A DNA stretch of 64,000 nucleotides from Patescibacteria group bacterium (GCA_016784145.1 JADHVF010000002.1:9102-73101); one strand, 5' to 3'; shown: positions 36,314 through 45,166, numbered from the stretch's first letter. Translations and numbers: made by a program. The notes: generated by a model not told the origin, from the sequence alone.

Positions 36314-38383
36314 TTATTCTAAGTGGGTTGACATAATACTTGCTTGAATTTTTTTCTTGATCAAGGGATATTTTTCAAGGCGAGGACTTTGATAAAATAG
36401 TTGTTTTGCTATTTTTTTTGTTAGGGCTATTATTTTTACATCTGTTAGTTTGGCTATTTTTAAACTGGTAATAAATCCAGATTGTTGTGTACCAAATATT
36501 TCTCCGGGTCCACGAATTTCTAAATCTTTTTCAGCTAATTCAAATCCGTTGTTTGTAGATATTAGAGCATTTAATCTTTCAGTTGCGGTTATGGAATCTG
36601 TGTCTAGCATTAAAAAACAATATGACTGGTCTTCTCCTCTTCCAACTCTTCCCCTAAGTTGATGTAATTGAGCTAATCCAAATCGTTCAGCTCCATGAAT
36701 TAACATTATTGATGCGTTTTTAATATCAATGCCAACTTCAATAACAGTTGTTGAGACAAGTATATCAATCTGCTTGGCTAAAAAATCTTTAATAATTTTT
36801 TCTTTAGTAGTAGATTTTAATTTGCCGTGAAGTGCTTTGATTTTAAGGTTTGGAAATATGTTAGTTGTTAAATTGATATATTCTTGCTTAACAGACATTG
36901 CTCCCAATTTATCAGATTCATCTATTAACGGGCAAATTACAAATGCTTGTTTTTGTTTAGTAATTTCTTCTTTTATAAATTCATAAGTTTTTTTGTATTC
37001 AATTGGTTTAATTATTTTGGTGATAATTTTTTTTCTTCCTTTAGGCATTTCATCTATAATTGAAATGTCTAAGTCGCCATATAGTGTCAGGGCCACAGAC
37101 CTTGGTATTGGAGTAGCAGTCATTGAAAGAAAGTGAGGAGATACTGTTTGTTCTAATAGATGTTGACGTTGGCTTGTGCCAAATCTATGCTGTTCATCGA
37201 TGATTACTAATCCTAATTTTTTAAATTTTATAATTGGTTGAATCAAGGCATGTGTGCCAATAATTAGGTCAATGTCTAATTGGGCTAATTTTTTAATTAA
37301 TTCTATTTTAGTTATTTTCTTTTTAAAATTTGTTTTTATACTATTGCTGGTTAATAATGCTATTTTAAAAGAAAAATTTTTAAACAAATTTGAAAATGTA
37401 TTAAAGTGTTGCTCAGCTAGTATTTCAGTTGGAGCCATATAACATGTTTGTTGACTGTTTAGTATGACATTTAAGATAGCCAATCCAGCCACGACTGTTT
37501 TTCCGCTACCAACATCTCCCTCTAACAATCTATTCATTGGATTATCTTTTCCCATGTCATTGATAATCTCCCACGCAGATCTTTTTTGAGCATTTGTAAG
37601 TTTAAAAGGCAGTTCTTTTACGAATTTTTTTGTTTTAGCAAGATAAAATTTTATTTTATGTGCTTGTTTATGCTTGATATTTTGGCGTATTAAATGATTT
37701 TTGGCTTGAATTATAAATAGCTCATCAAATTTTAATCTCTTAATTGCCTTGGTCATTATTTTTTTATCGCTAGGAAAATGTATTTGTTCTAATGCAAAAG
37801 AAAGGTCAATTAAATTATTAGTAGCTCTAATATCTCTATGTAACCAGTCATTTATTTTTTGAATAACAGGAATTGTTTGTTTTATTAAAAATCTTATTTG
37901 TTTTTGAGTGATATTTGATGTTAGGGGATAGATTGGAACCAGCCTGCCAGTATGAATAGGGTTTTTGTTATCCAAAGGGGTTTCATAAGAGGGATTTATT
38001 AATTGAAACCCATGTGTTTTGTTTTTAATAATTTTTCCAGCAAAATAAACAGTTTGACCTTTGGTGAATTTTTTAGTTAGGTATGGTTGATTAAACCAGA
38101 TAATTTTAAGAGAATCAGTTTTATCAGACACCAAGGCCTCAGTAATTGACATTTTTCTATTAAAAGAAGAATGAGTGCTAATTGACTTGATAATTGCCTT
38201 GATTGTGCCTGTTTTTTTTGCTTTAATCTTGTCTATTGTAAGGACTTCGCTATAATCATCATAGCGAAAAGGGTAGTGGAATATTAAATCATCTATTGTT
38301 AATAAGTTTATCTTGGATAATTTTTTAGAGATTGCACTGCCAACACTGGTCAATTTATTAATTGGAGTTTTCAATTCAATCAT
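36314..38383 (-). CDS. recG: ATP-dependent DNA helicase RecG
   Basis: An N-terminal wedge/OB region is followed by a SF2 helicase core with GDVGSGKTVVAG (motif I), DEQHRFG (motif II) and QLRGRVGRG (motif VI). 689 aa. Confidence 0.9.
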   Translation of the reverse strand: MIELKTPINKLTSVGSAISKKLSKINLLTIDDLIFHYPFRYDDYSEVLTIDKIKAKKTGTIKAIIKSISTHSSFNRKMSITEALVSDKTDSLKIIWFNQPYLTKKFTKGQTVYFAGKIIKNKTHGFQLINPSYETPLDNKNPIHTGRLVPIYPLTSNITQKQIRFLIKQTIPVIQKINDWLHRDIRATNNLIDLSFALEQIHFPSDKKIMTKAIKRLKFDELFIIQAKNHLIRQNIKHKQAHKIKFYLAKTKKFVKELPFKLTNAQKRSAWEIINDMGKDNPMNRLLEGDVGSGKTVVAGLAILNVILNSQQTCYMAPTEILAEQHFNTFSNLFKNFSFKIALLTSNSIKTNFKKKITKIELIKKLAQLDIDLIIGTHALIQPIIKFKKLGLVIIDEQHRFGTSQRQHLLEQTVSPHFLSMTATPIPRSVALTLYGDLDISIIDEMPKGRKKIITKIIKPIEYKKTYEFIKEEITKQKQAFVICPLIDESDKLGAMSVKQEYINLTTNIFPNLKIKALHGKLKSTTKEKIIKDFLAKQIDILVSTTVIEVGIDIKNASIMLIHGAERFGLAQLHQLRGRVGRGEDQSYCFLMLDTDSITATERLNALISTNNGFELAEKDLEIRGPGEIFGTQQSGFITSLKIAKLTDVKIIALTKKIAKQLFYQSPRLEKYPLIKKKIQASIMSTHLE

Positions 38384-38532
38384 GTTTTTTTATTTATTTG
38401 ATATTATTGTTTTGTGAATAAAAGAGAAGCCATATCATCCTCTAATTAAAGATATAATATTATAACATAAAATCACCTTAAAATCAAACTATTAAAATCA
38501 AATTAATAATTAATTAATTTAAGTAATTATAA

Positions 38533-38822
38533 AAAAAGTGTGCAATATCGGATGTCGCACACTTCAAATAGTTACTTGGTTACTTACTTAGGGGCCTTGC
38601 CCCTAAGTAAAGTAGAAATCAATAATCAGTAATCAATAATCAACTACCTCACTGAGGGTTTTACTTAGGGGCCTTGCCCCTAAGTAAAGTAGAAATCAAT
38701 AATCAGTAATCAATAATCAACTACCTCACTGAGGGTTTTACTTAGAGGCCTTGCCCCTAAGTAGAAAATAAGCACATAAAAGTGTGCAATATCGGATGTC
38801 GCACATATGTCGCACATATTGA
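38533..38822. repeat. Composite repeat: 27-nt direct repeats (AAAGTGTGCAATATCGGATGTCGCACA) flanking a 77-nt tandem array (2 full copies plus a partial third). Each unit has a perfect 9-bp-stem hairpin CTTAGGGGC-CTT-GCCCCTAAG plus (AATCART)n
   Basis: Read directly. Hairpin copies start at 38586, 38663 and 38740. The flanking direct repeats are at 38536-38562 and 38780-38806. Confidence 0.85.
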
Positions 38823-38856
38823 GGATTGCATATGAGTTGAATAAATCAATCTTATA

Positions 38857-38884
38857 TTGACTTTTTGTTTTTATTTAGTATAAT
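38857..38884 (+). promoter_or_regulatory. Sigma70-like promoter for the tRNA-Ser pair (TTGACT-16-TATAAT)
   Basis: Consensus -35 TTGACT (38857-38862) and -10 TATAAT (38879-38884). The -10 ends 15 nt upstream of the mature tRNA 5' end. Confidence 0.55.
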
Positions 38885-38899
38885 CTAAAAAAGAATAAT

Positions 38900-38982
38900 G
38901 GAGAGATCGGATAATGGTATTCCACCAGTTTGCTAAACTGGCGCCTTTTTTAGGCTTGCGGGTTCGATCCCCGCTCTCTCCG
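38900..38982 (+). tRNA. tRNA-Ser (anticodon GCT)
   Basis: Acceptor GGAGAGA/TCTCTCC. Anticodon stem CCAGT/ACTGG with loop TTGCTAA. It has a long variable arm, a T-arm GCGGG-TTCGATC-CCCGC and discriminator G. The overlapping ORFs in the track are spurious. Confidence 0.85.
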
Positions 38983-39002
38983 TTTTTAATAAAAATGGAT
39001 TT

Positions 39003-39090
39003 GGAGGGGTGCTCCGAATTGGCTAAGGAACCGGTCTTGAAAACCGGCGCCCGCAAGGGCTTATGGGTTCGAGTCCCATCCCCTCCGCCA
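39003..39090 (+). tRNA. tRNA-Ser (anticodon TGA), CCA encoded
   Basis: Acceptor GGAGGGG/CCCCTCC. Anticodon stem CCGGT/ACCGG with loop CTTGAAA. It has a long variable arm (CGCCCGCAAGGGC), a T-loop TTCGAGT and a 3' GCCA. Confidence 0.8.
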
Positions 39091-39246
39091 TTTTATACTA
39101 AAGCAGTGGAATGACAAAAGTTTCAAGCTTTTAAAATTTTTATAAAAGAGGTATTCTCTATCTCAAGGAGTGAAGGATATCAACCCTCTCTGTCTTGGTT
39201 TGTCGAAGCTTTTAGTGGGGATTGGGAGTTAAAGATAATTTTTATA

Positions 39247-39708
39247 ATGGAAAAAACACTTATTATTTTAAAGCCAGATTGCTTACAACGAAACCTCTTA
39301 GGAGAGATTATTAAGCGATTTGAAAACAAAGGATTAAAAATTGCTGGCCTGAAAATGGGCAGGATTTCTGATGAGCAGATAGACAAACATTATAATCATC
39401 ACAAAGACAAACCATTTTTTAGTGGATTAAAAGGATTTATGCAATCAGCCCCTGTGATATTTATTGTGATTGAAGGATATGATGTCATAAATGCTGTTAG
39501 GGCAATTGTTGGTTCCACTGTTGGCAGGGAAGCGGACGCAGGCTCTGTTAGAGGAGATTTTTCTATGAGTCATTCAAATAATATTGTTCATGCATCAGAT
39601 TCTATTGAAGCAGCAGACATTGAAATTAAACGATTTTTTGCTGAAAAAGAGGTGTTTGATTATCCAAAAGATGACTGGAAATGGGTTTATGCTGAAGATG
39701 AAAAATAA
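39247..39708 (+). CDS. ndk: Nucleoside diphosphate kinase
   Basis: LIILKPD…NIVHASD (active-site His motif NxxHxSD). 153 aa. Confidence 0.9.
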   Translation: MEKTLIILKPDCLQRNLLGEIIKRFENKGLKIAGLKMGRISDEQIDKHYNHHKDKPFFSGLKGFMQSAPVIFIVIEGYDVINAVRAIVGSTVGREADAGSVRGDFSMSHSNNIVHASDSIEAADIEIKRFFAEKEVFDYPKDDWKWVYAEDEK

Positions 39709-39721
39709 ATATTAATTTTTT

Positions 39722-40246
39722 ATGATTTTTTTATCAATTTTATTTATAATAATATTTTTTTTCTTTTTATTTGTTTTTTCTAGTTATTCTTGGGCGTTCT
39801 TTAGTGCAGCGCCTTTTGTTTTTTCGTTCAGGGGAGAGGTTGATAGAATGTTAAAAATTGCCAAAATTAAACCAGGAGAAAAGTTTTATGACTTAGGAAG
39901 TGGAGACGGCAGAATGGTGTTAGCAGCTGGCCAACAAGGAGCAGATAGTGTTGGTTTTGAAATTTCTTTTTTCCCATTTATATTATCAAAAATTAAATGT
40001 TGGAAATATTCTAAAAATTGTAAAATTTTTTATAAAAATTTTTGGAAAGCAAATTTAAAGGATGCTGATATTATTTATTTTTATCTTTTGCCAAAATCTT
40101 CTTCAAAATTAAGACATAAATTTGTAAAAGAACTAAACACGGGCACAAGAATAATATCAAATGCATTTCCAATCAAGGAATGGGAGCCAACTAGGGTTTT
40201 TAAGAAACAAGGACATCCTCCTCTATATCTTTATCAAATAGATTGA
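39722..40246 (+). CDS. Membrane-anchored class I SAM-dependent methyltransferase-like protein
   Basis: An N-terminal hydrophobic segment is followed by DLGSGDGRMVLAAG, a GxGxG SAM-binding motif I. Confidence 0.45.
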   Translation: MIFLSILFIIIFFFFLFVFSSYSWAFFSAAPFVFSFRGEVDRMLKIAKIKPGEKFYDLGSGDGRMVLAAGQQGADSVGFEISFFPFILSKIKCWKYSKNCKIFYKNFWKANLKDADIIYFYLLPKSSSKLRHKFVKELNTGTRIISNAFPIKEWEPTRVFKKQGHPPLYLYQID

Positions 40247-40656
40247 TAAAGAAAATAATATTAAAATAATTTTTGACCAAAAGCCAATAGATATTGTCCT
40301 AGAAGTAGTTTGGTTAATAATTGTTTTTTTATACAATTATTTTTTTCATTAAAACTTCATAATGTTTTTGAAATATTAAAAATCTTTCTTTTTTAGTTTT
40401 TAATTTTATTTTTATTGTCTGTTTATTTAATGTTGTCTAAGGCATATTAACAGGTCAATGATGACCAAAAAGCAATTGACATAGTTAAAAAATCGGTTTA
40501 TCTTATAACTAAGACCAATTCACCTGCTTATCCAGAAATATCAAGACAATATTATCAAGTATTAGGTTTTCTTTATTTTAAGATAGGTAGAAATGATTTG
40601 AAAGATGTGTGTCTAAAACAAGAACAAAAAATATTTAAAAAATCTAATAAAAAATT

Positions 40657-41157
40657 ATGACACAAGAAAAAAAACAAGAAGTTGATTTTGGGAAGGTTCT
40701 TGTCTCATGGGAATTTCCAGAATATACTCAATATAAAAAGACGCGTTCATGGCAAGTTGTTGTTAGTGGAATTTGGTTAATTATATTTATTTACTCAATA
40801 ATTATTGCCAATTTACTTTTTGCTATTTTTTTGGCATTGGTTGTGTTTATTGTTTTCTTACAGGAGAAAGCAACACCAATGGATGTTAAAATAAAAATTT
40901 GTGAGCAAGGGATAATTATTGGAAAGAAATTTTATGAATGGTTTGAAATCGAAAATTTTCGATTAATTTATAGACCTCCAGAAACAAAAAGATTATATAT
41001 TGACATTAAAGATAGCTGGTTACATGACTTTTCCGTCTCTGTTGAAGACCAGGATCCAAGAGAGATTAGAAAAATATTAAAAGAATTTTTAGAAGAAGAT
41101 TTATCAAGACCAGAGGAGACGATAATAGATGCTTTGAGTCGTTGGTTAAAGATATAG
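40657..41157 (+). CDS. Hypothetical membrane protein
   Basis: 166-aa ORF with two adjacent TM helices (IWLIIFIYSIIIANLLFAIFLALVVFIVFL). No recognisable catalytic motif. Confidence 0.4.
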   Translation: MTQEKKQEVDFGKVLVSWEFPEYTQYKKTRSWQVVVSGIWLIIFIYSIIIANLLFAIFLALVVFIVFLQEKATPMDVKIKICEQGIIIGKKFYEWFEIENFRLIYRPPETKRLYIDIKDSWLHDFSVSVEDQDPREIRKILKEFLEEDLSRPEETIIDALSRWLKI

Positions 41158-41168
41158 GTTTTTCTGGG

Positions 41169-41240
41169 GCCCCTGTAGTTTAATGGATAGAGCGTGTCCT
41201 TGCGGAGGATAAGACCCAGGTTCGATTCCTGGCAGGGGCA
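41169..41240 (+). tRNA. tRNA-Arg (anticodon GCG by my fold)
   Basis: Acceptor GCCCCTG/CAGGGGC. D-loop with GGATAGAG (A20). Anticodon stem TGTCC/GGATA with loop TTGCGGA. T-arm CCAGG-TTCGATT-CCTGG and discriminator A. Confidence 0.7.
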
Positions 41241-41314
41241 TTTATTGATTATTAATTACTAGATTCAGGGATTTTGTTCCCTATTTTTTTTAAAAAAGAA
41301 ATTATATAAATTAT

Positions 41315-43906
41315 ATGTTATTAGTAAGCTTTATTGCCTTGTGCTTATCAATTTATTTCTATAAAAGAATAAAAGTTTCTATTTTTTTTAAAATTTTATT
41401 TAGCTTAGGGACATTGGTCTCTATATTTTTTTATGTGTTATATTTTATTGCAAATTATTTTACTGGCAACGGAATAACAAATGCTGTTTTTTATTATTTG
41501 GAATATGGTTTAGAAGGAGTAGATTTTTTAGAATACATTAATTTAATTTCAGTAGCGAGTCTTTTTCTTTTATTTGGAATAGTTTTGGCTATTTGGATAA
41601 TTCTTAAAAAGAATCATAAAGAAAAACATAATGTTATATTTTTTTTGGCTGTTTTTTTGTTCTTGTTTGTTTCTTTAGCATTAAATCCAGTTACAGTTAG
41701 TTTAGGGAAAATGGTGTTTAAAAATAAAGAAAATATTATTATGGATAAAGATTCAGTGTTTTATGAATTTTATAAACATCCCAGAATTAGGCAAATAGCT
41801 AAATCAAAAAATCTTGTATTTATTTATGCTGAAGGGTTAGAAAGGACATATTTTGATGAAGCCATTTTCCCTGATTTAACTAAAAATTTAAAAAAAATTG
41901 AGTCAAAAAGTGTTTCCTTTATGGATTTGTCACAAGGTCCATATGCAGAACATACTATTGGGGGCATGGTTGCAGGGCAGTGTGGTTTTCCATTAATAAT
42001 TCCGTCTTTTTCTATTGTAGGGGCTAATTCAATGTTTGGCATGGATACTTATTTAGAATCAGCTATTTGTTTAGGGGATTTATTACATGATGAAGGCTAT
42101 TATTTAACTTACTATGGTGGAGCCCCGCTTTCTTTTGGAGGCAAGGGGAAGTTTTATTTAACTCACAAATTTAATGATGTTAAGGGTAGGAATGAACTTT
42201 TAGAAAAAATTCCCAACCAGGATTACAGAAGTGCTTGGGGAATATATGATGATTCATTGTTTGATTTGGCTTATAATAGATATGTTGAATTAGCCAAAAA
42301 ACAAGATAAGTTTGCAATGTTTTTGTTGACATTAGACACACACCCTTCTCTTGATGGAGGATATCCTTCCAAGAGTTGTAATAATATAAAATATCAAGAC
42401 GGCAACAATTTAATGCTAAACGTGGTAGCTTGTTCAGATTATTTGATTAGCAATTTTGTTAAAAAAATTAGAGCATCAAAGTTAGACCAAGAAACAGTTA
42501 TTGTGATTGTTTCAGATACTCTTGGGCAAAAAAATGATGCTACTGAATTGTTAAACAAGGGAGATAGAAAACTTCTTTATTTAATAAATGAACCAAATAG
42601 TGTGGCTGGCACTAAAATAGATAATCCTGGATTAAATTTTGATATAGCATCCACAATGCTTCCTTTTATAGGGTATAAGGGGGACATAGGCATGGGGCGA
42701 AACTTATTTGAAATAGAATCATCAACTAATAGGGTTCAGAATATCATAGATAATTTAAGTGAATTTAAGTCTAATGTATTACAATTTTGGAAATTTCCAA
42801 AAATAGAAAAATTTATTGAAATAAATATGAATCAAAAAAAAATATTTATTGACAACAATGAATATGAAATCCCAATTCTTATTAAACTAAATGATGATTT
42901 AGAAACCATATTAAATTTTAGATTTTTTACCTCTAATGATTTAGCTCTAATTGAGAGCATTACTAATTCAGTTGAGGACAATGGATTTATATTGATAGAA
43001 GAATGTTCTAAAATAAATTATATTATTAATACAGGAATAGATAATGATAGTTTTTGTTTATTGGCTGGAAAAAACAATAAGTATAGTTACATGAATTTAA
43101 CTCCCAGAATTGATTTAAGTCAAGAAAAAAAATATTATATGCATTCTTTTCCATCGCTTCGATTGTCAATAGAAGAAATTCATAAAATTATTAACAAGGG
43201 TGTAAATAATTTTTCAACCAAGATGATTGCACATGCAGGAGGAGGAATAAATAAAAGCACATACACAAATAGTTTTGATGCGCTAGACAGCAACATGGCT
43301 AAAGGGTTTTCTTATTTTGAAATAGATTTTGTTTTTACAAAAGATAATAAGTTAGTTTGTTTGCATGACTGGGAGTCTAGTTTTGAGGATACATTTGGAT
43401 TTAAAACAGAAGAAAAATTAACATTAAATGAATTTAAGAAATTAGCATCAACCAAAGCAATGTTTCATAACTGTACTTTATTAGAGTTAGCTTCTTGGAT
43501 GGAGAAACACCCGGATGCTTATCTTGTCACAGACATAGAAGGGGATAATGTTGAGGCCTTGAAAATGATATCAACCATAATCCCTGATTATGAAAAAAGA
43601 GTAATCCCACAGATATATTCCCCTGCTAATTTTTCAAAAATTAAAGAAATGGGATATGACCAAGTTATATGGACTCTTTATAGGTATGGAGGGACTAATA
43701 AAAATGTATTGGATGTAATTAGACGATTTTATGGCTCTTTTGCCATAACAATGCCTGTTGATAGAGCTAAGACAGATTTACCACTAAAATTAAAAGAAAG
43801 AGAAATTCCAACCTATGTACATACAATCAATTTAATGGATGAAAAAATAAATTTCACGAAGAATTATCATGTTACTGAAATTTATACAGATTTTTTGACT
43901 CCTTAA
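41315..43906 (+). CDS. Polytopic membrane protein with an LtaS/sulfatase-like (alkaline-phosphatase superfamily) domain fused to a C-terminal glycerophosphodiester phosphodiesterase (GDPD) domain
   Basis: The N-terminal ~130 aa contain 4-5 TM helices. The central region has LtaS/sulfatase-like motifs (…LDTHPSLDGGY…, VSDTLG). The C-terminus has AHAGGGINKSTYTNSFDALDSNMAKGFSYFEIDFVFTKDNKLVCLHDW, a GDPD signature (HRG…E.D…KDG..V..HD). Confidence 0.6.
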   Translation: MLLVSFIALCLSIYFYKRIKVSIFFKILFSLGTLVSIFFYVLYFIANYFTGNGITNAVFYYLEYGLEGVDFLEYINLISVASLFLLFGIVLAIWIILKKNHKEKHNVIFFLAVFLFLFVSLALNPVTVSLGKMVFKNKENIIMDKDSVFYEFYKHPRIRQIAKSKNLVFIYAEGLERTYFDEAIFPDLTKNLKKIESKSVSFMDLSQGPYAEHTIGGMVAGQCGFPLIIPSFSIVGANSMFGMDTYLESAICLGDLLHDEGYYLTYYGGAPLSFGGKGKFYLTHKFNDVKGRNELLEKIPNQDYRSAWGIYDDSLFDLAYNRYVELAKKQDKFAMFLLTLDTHPSLDGGYPSKSCNNIKYQDGNNLMLNVVACSDYLISNFVKKIRASKLDQETVIVIVSDTLGQKNDATELLNKGDRKLLYLINEPNSVAGTKIDNPGLNFDIASTMLPFIGYKGDIGMGRNLFEIESSTNRVQNIIDNLSEFKSNVLQFWKFPKIEKFIEINMNQKKIFIDNNEYEIPILIKLNDDLETILNFRFFTSNDLALIESITNSVEDNGFILIEECSKINYIINTGIDNDSFCLLAGKNNKYSYMNLTPRIDLSQEKKYYMHSFPSLRLSIEEIHKIINKGVNNFSTKMIAHAGGGINKSTYTNSFDALDSNMAKGFSYFEIDFVFTKDNKLVCLHDWESSFEDTFGFKTEEKLTLNEFKKLASTKAMFHNCTLLELASWMEKHPDAYLVTDIEGDNVEALKMISTIIPDYEKRVIPQIYSPANFSKIKEMGYDQVIWTLYRYGGTNKNVLDVIRRFYGSFAITMPVDRAKTDLPLKLKEREIPTYVHTINLMDEKINFTKNYHVTEIYTDFLTP

Positions 43907-43935
43907 TCATTCAATAGAAAATATAAATAAAAAAT

Positions 43936-43960
43936 ACAGACAATTAATGTCTGTTTTTAT
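43936..43960 (+). terminator. Rho-independent terminator
   Basis: ACAGACA-attaa-TGTCTGT followed by TTTTTAT. Perfect 7-bp stem. Confidence 0.65.
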
Positions 43961-43969
43961 TTATATGAT

Positions 43970-44046
43970 TGGCGGTCCGGACGGGACTCGAACCCGCAGC
44001 CTTCTGCGTGACAGGCAGATGATCTAACCAATTGATCTACCGGACC
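43970..44046 (-). tRNA. tRNA-Asp (anticodon GTC), CCA encoded
   Basis: Minus-strand read: GGTCCGG-TA-GATC…GATC-A-TCTGC-CTGTCAC-GCAGA-…GCGGG-TTCGAGT-CCCGT-CCGGACC-G-CCA. Confidence 0.85.
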
Positions 44047-44384
44047 ACTGATTTTATGATTTTGGCAAAGATTTCTTCATGATGTTCAGCCAATTTAGCT
44101 AGTATCTTTCTATCTATATCAATATTGTTTTTCTTTAACTTGTTAATGAATTCAGAATAGCTAATTCCTTGTTTTCTGCAGCCAGCATTAATTTTAATTT
44201 GCCAAAGGGCTCTAAATGTTCTTTTTTTAACTTTCCTGTCTCTGTATGCATATACGCCAGCCTTGGCCGAGGCTGTTTTAGCTAGTCGTACCTTGCTTTT
44301 TCTGCCACCACGATAGCCCTTAACTGTTTTAAGCAGTTTTTTTCTTTTCTTTAAATGGCTTTTTCCTCTTTTTACTCTTGGCAT
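44037..44384 (-). CDS. rplT: 50S ribosomal protein L20
   Basis: MPRVKRGKSHLKKRKKLLKTVKGYRGG…RALWQIKINA is the canonical L20. The last 10 nt overlap the 5' acceptor stem of tRNA-Asp. Confidence 0.9.
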   Translation of the reverse strand: MPRVKRGKSHLKKRKKLLKTVKGYRGGRKSKVRLAKTASAKAGVYAYRDRKVKKRTFRALWQIKINAGCRKQGISYSEFINKLKKNNIDIDRKILAKLAEHHEEIFAKIIKSVVR

Positions 44385-44397
44385 AAGATATATATTA

Positions 44398-44577
44398 TTA
44401 TATGTGTTGGCTAATTGTTTTTCTTAAACTTTTACTCAATGTTTTTTTATTTCTCTTGTTTCTTTTTATTTTTCCAGATTCTTTGGCATTAAAATGGTTT
44501 TGGCCACATGTTTTATGTAGCAATTTTCCGCTCTTTGTTTTTTTAATTCTTTTGGCTATTGTTTTTCTTGTTTTCAT
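44398..44577 (-). CDS. rpmI: 50S ribosomal protein L35
   Basis: A 59-aa ORF below the ORF-track cutoff. Translated by hand: MKTRKTIAKRIKKTKSGKLLHKTCGQNHFNAKESGKIKRNKRNKKTLSKSLRKTISQHI. The start overlaps the infC stop (ATGA), in the classic infC-rpmI-rplT order. Confidence 0.8.
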   Translation of the reverse strand: MKTRKTIAKRIKKTKSGKLLHKTCGQNHFNAKESGKIKRNKRNKKTLSKSLRKTISQHI

Positions 44578-45077
44578 TTTTTTCTGATTAATACAGTTAT
44601 TTTATTGTTTTGTCTTTTTGGTCGTTGCTCGACTATTGTTTCCTGCTCAATCTCATCTATAAATTTATTGAGCATATTAAAGGCAAGGTCAAAATGAGCT
44701 TTTTCTCTTCCCTTTAATATTATTTCGATTTTAACTTTATTGCCTTGTTCTAAAAACTTGGTAGCATTTTTAATTCTAAATTCTAAATCATGTTTTCCTG
44801 TTCTTGGAGTTATTCTTATTCCCTTGGTTCCCTTGGCCTTTTGGCTCTTTTTTTCTTTGCTTTCTTTTCTTTTTAAGTCGTATTTTAATTGTCCAAAATC
44901 TAATATTTTTGCTACTGGTGGTTCTGCTTTTGGACTAATTTCAACTAAATCAAGTTTTTCATTTTTAGCGATTTCAAGAGCTTCAGATATTTTTACTATT
45001 CCTAAGTGTTCGTCATTTTTGCCCAATAAACGAACCTTTTCTGCTTTTATTCGATTGTTAGTTTTATAATATTTCAA
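44574..45077 (-). CDS. infC: Translation initiation factor IF-3
   Basis: …VRLLGKNDEHLGIVKISEALEIAKNEKLDLVEISPKAEPPVAKILDFGQLKYDLKRKE… is the IF-3 N- and C-domain signature. 167 aa. Confidence 0.9.
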   Translation of the reverse strand: MKYYKTNNRIKAEKVRLLGKNDEHLGIVKISEALEIAKNEKLDLVEISPKAEPPVAKILDFGQLKYDLKRKESKEKKSQKAKGTKGIRITPRTGKHDLEFRIKNATKFLEQGNKVKIEIILKGREKAHFDLAFNMLNKFIDEIEQETIVEQRPKRQNNKITVLIRKK

Positions 45078-45095
45078 TTTTTTTAATTAAATAAT

Positions 45096-45165
45096 TATTG
45101 ATTACTGATTATTGATTAATGATTACTGATTAGTGATTATTGATTACTGATTAACTATTAGTTAA
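45096..45165. repeat. Heptamer microsatellite (TGATTAN)x9
   Basis: TGATTAC TGATTAT TGATTAA TGATTAC TGATTAG TGATTAT TGATTAC TGATTAA … read directly. It is immediately 3' of the tmRNA gene. Confidence 0.85.
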
Positions 45166-45166
45166 A

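Noticed and set aside
38871-39114. ORFs 38871-39056 (-) and 38914-39114 (+)
   Set aside because: They overlap the two tRNA-Ser genes. Their high GC content is tRNA structure, not coding sequence.
44574-44576. Alternative genetic code (UGA sense, as in some CPR lineages)
   Set aside because: TGA is the stop codon of infC at this position. Other genes end with TAA/TAG/TGA at lengths that match their orthologs. There are no in-frame TGA codons in the conserved genes, so this is the standard code.
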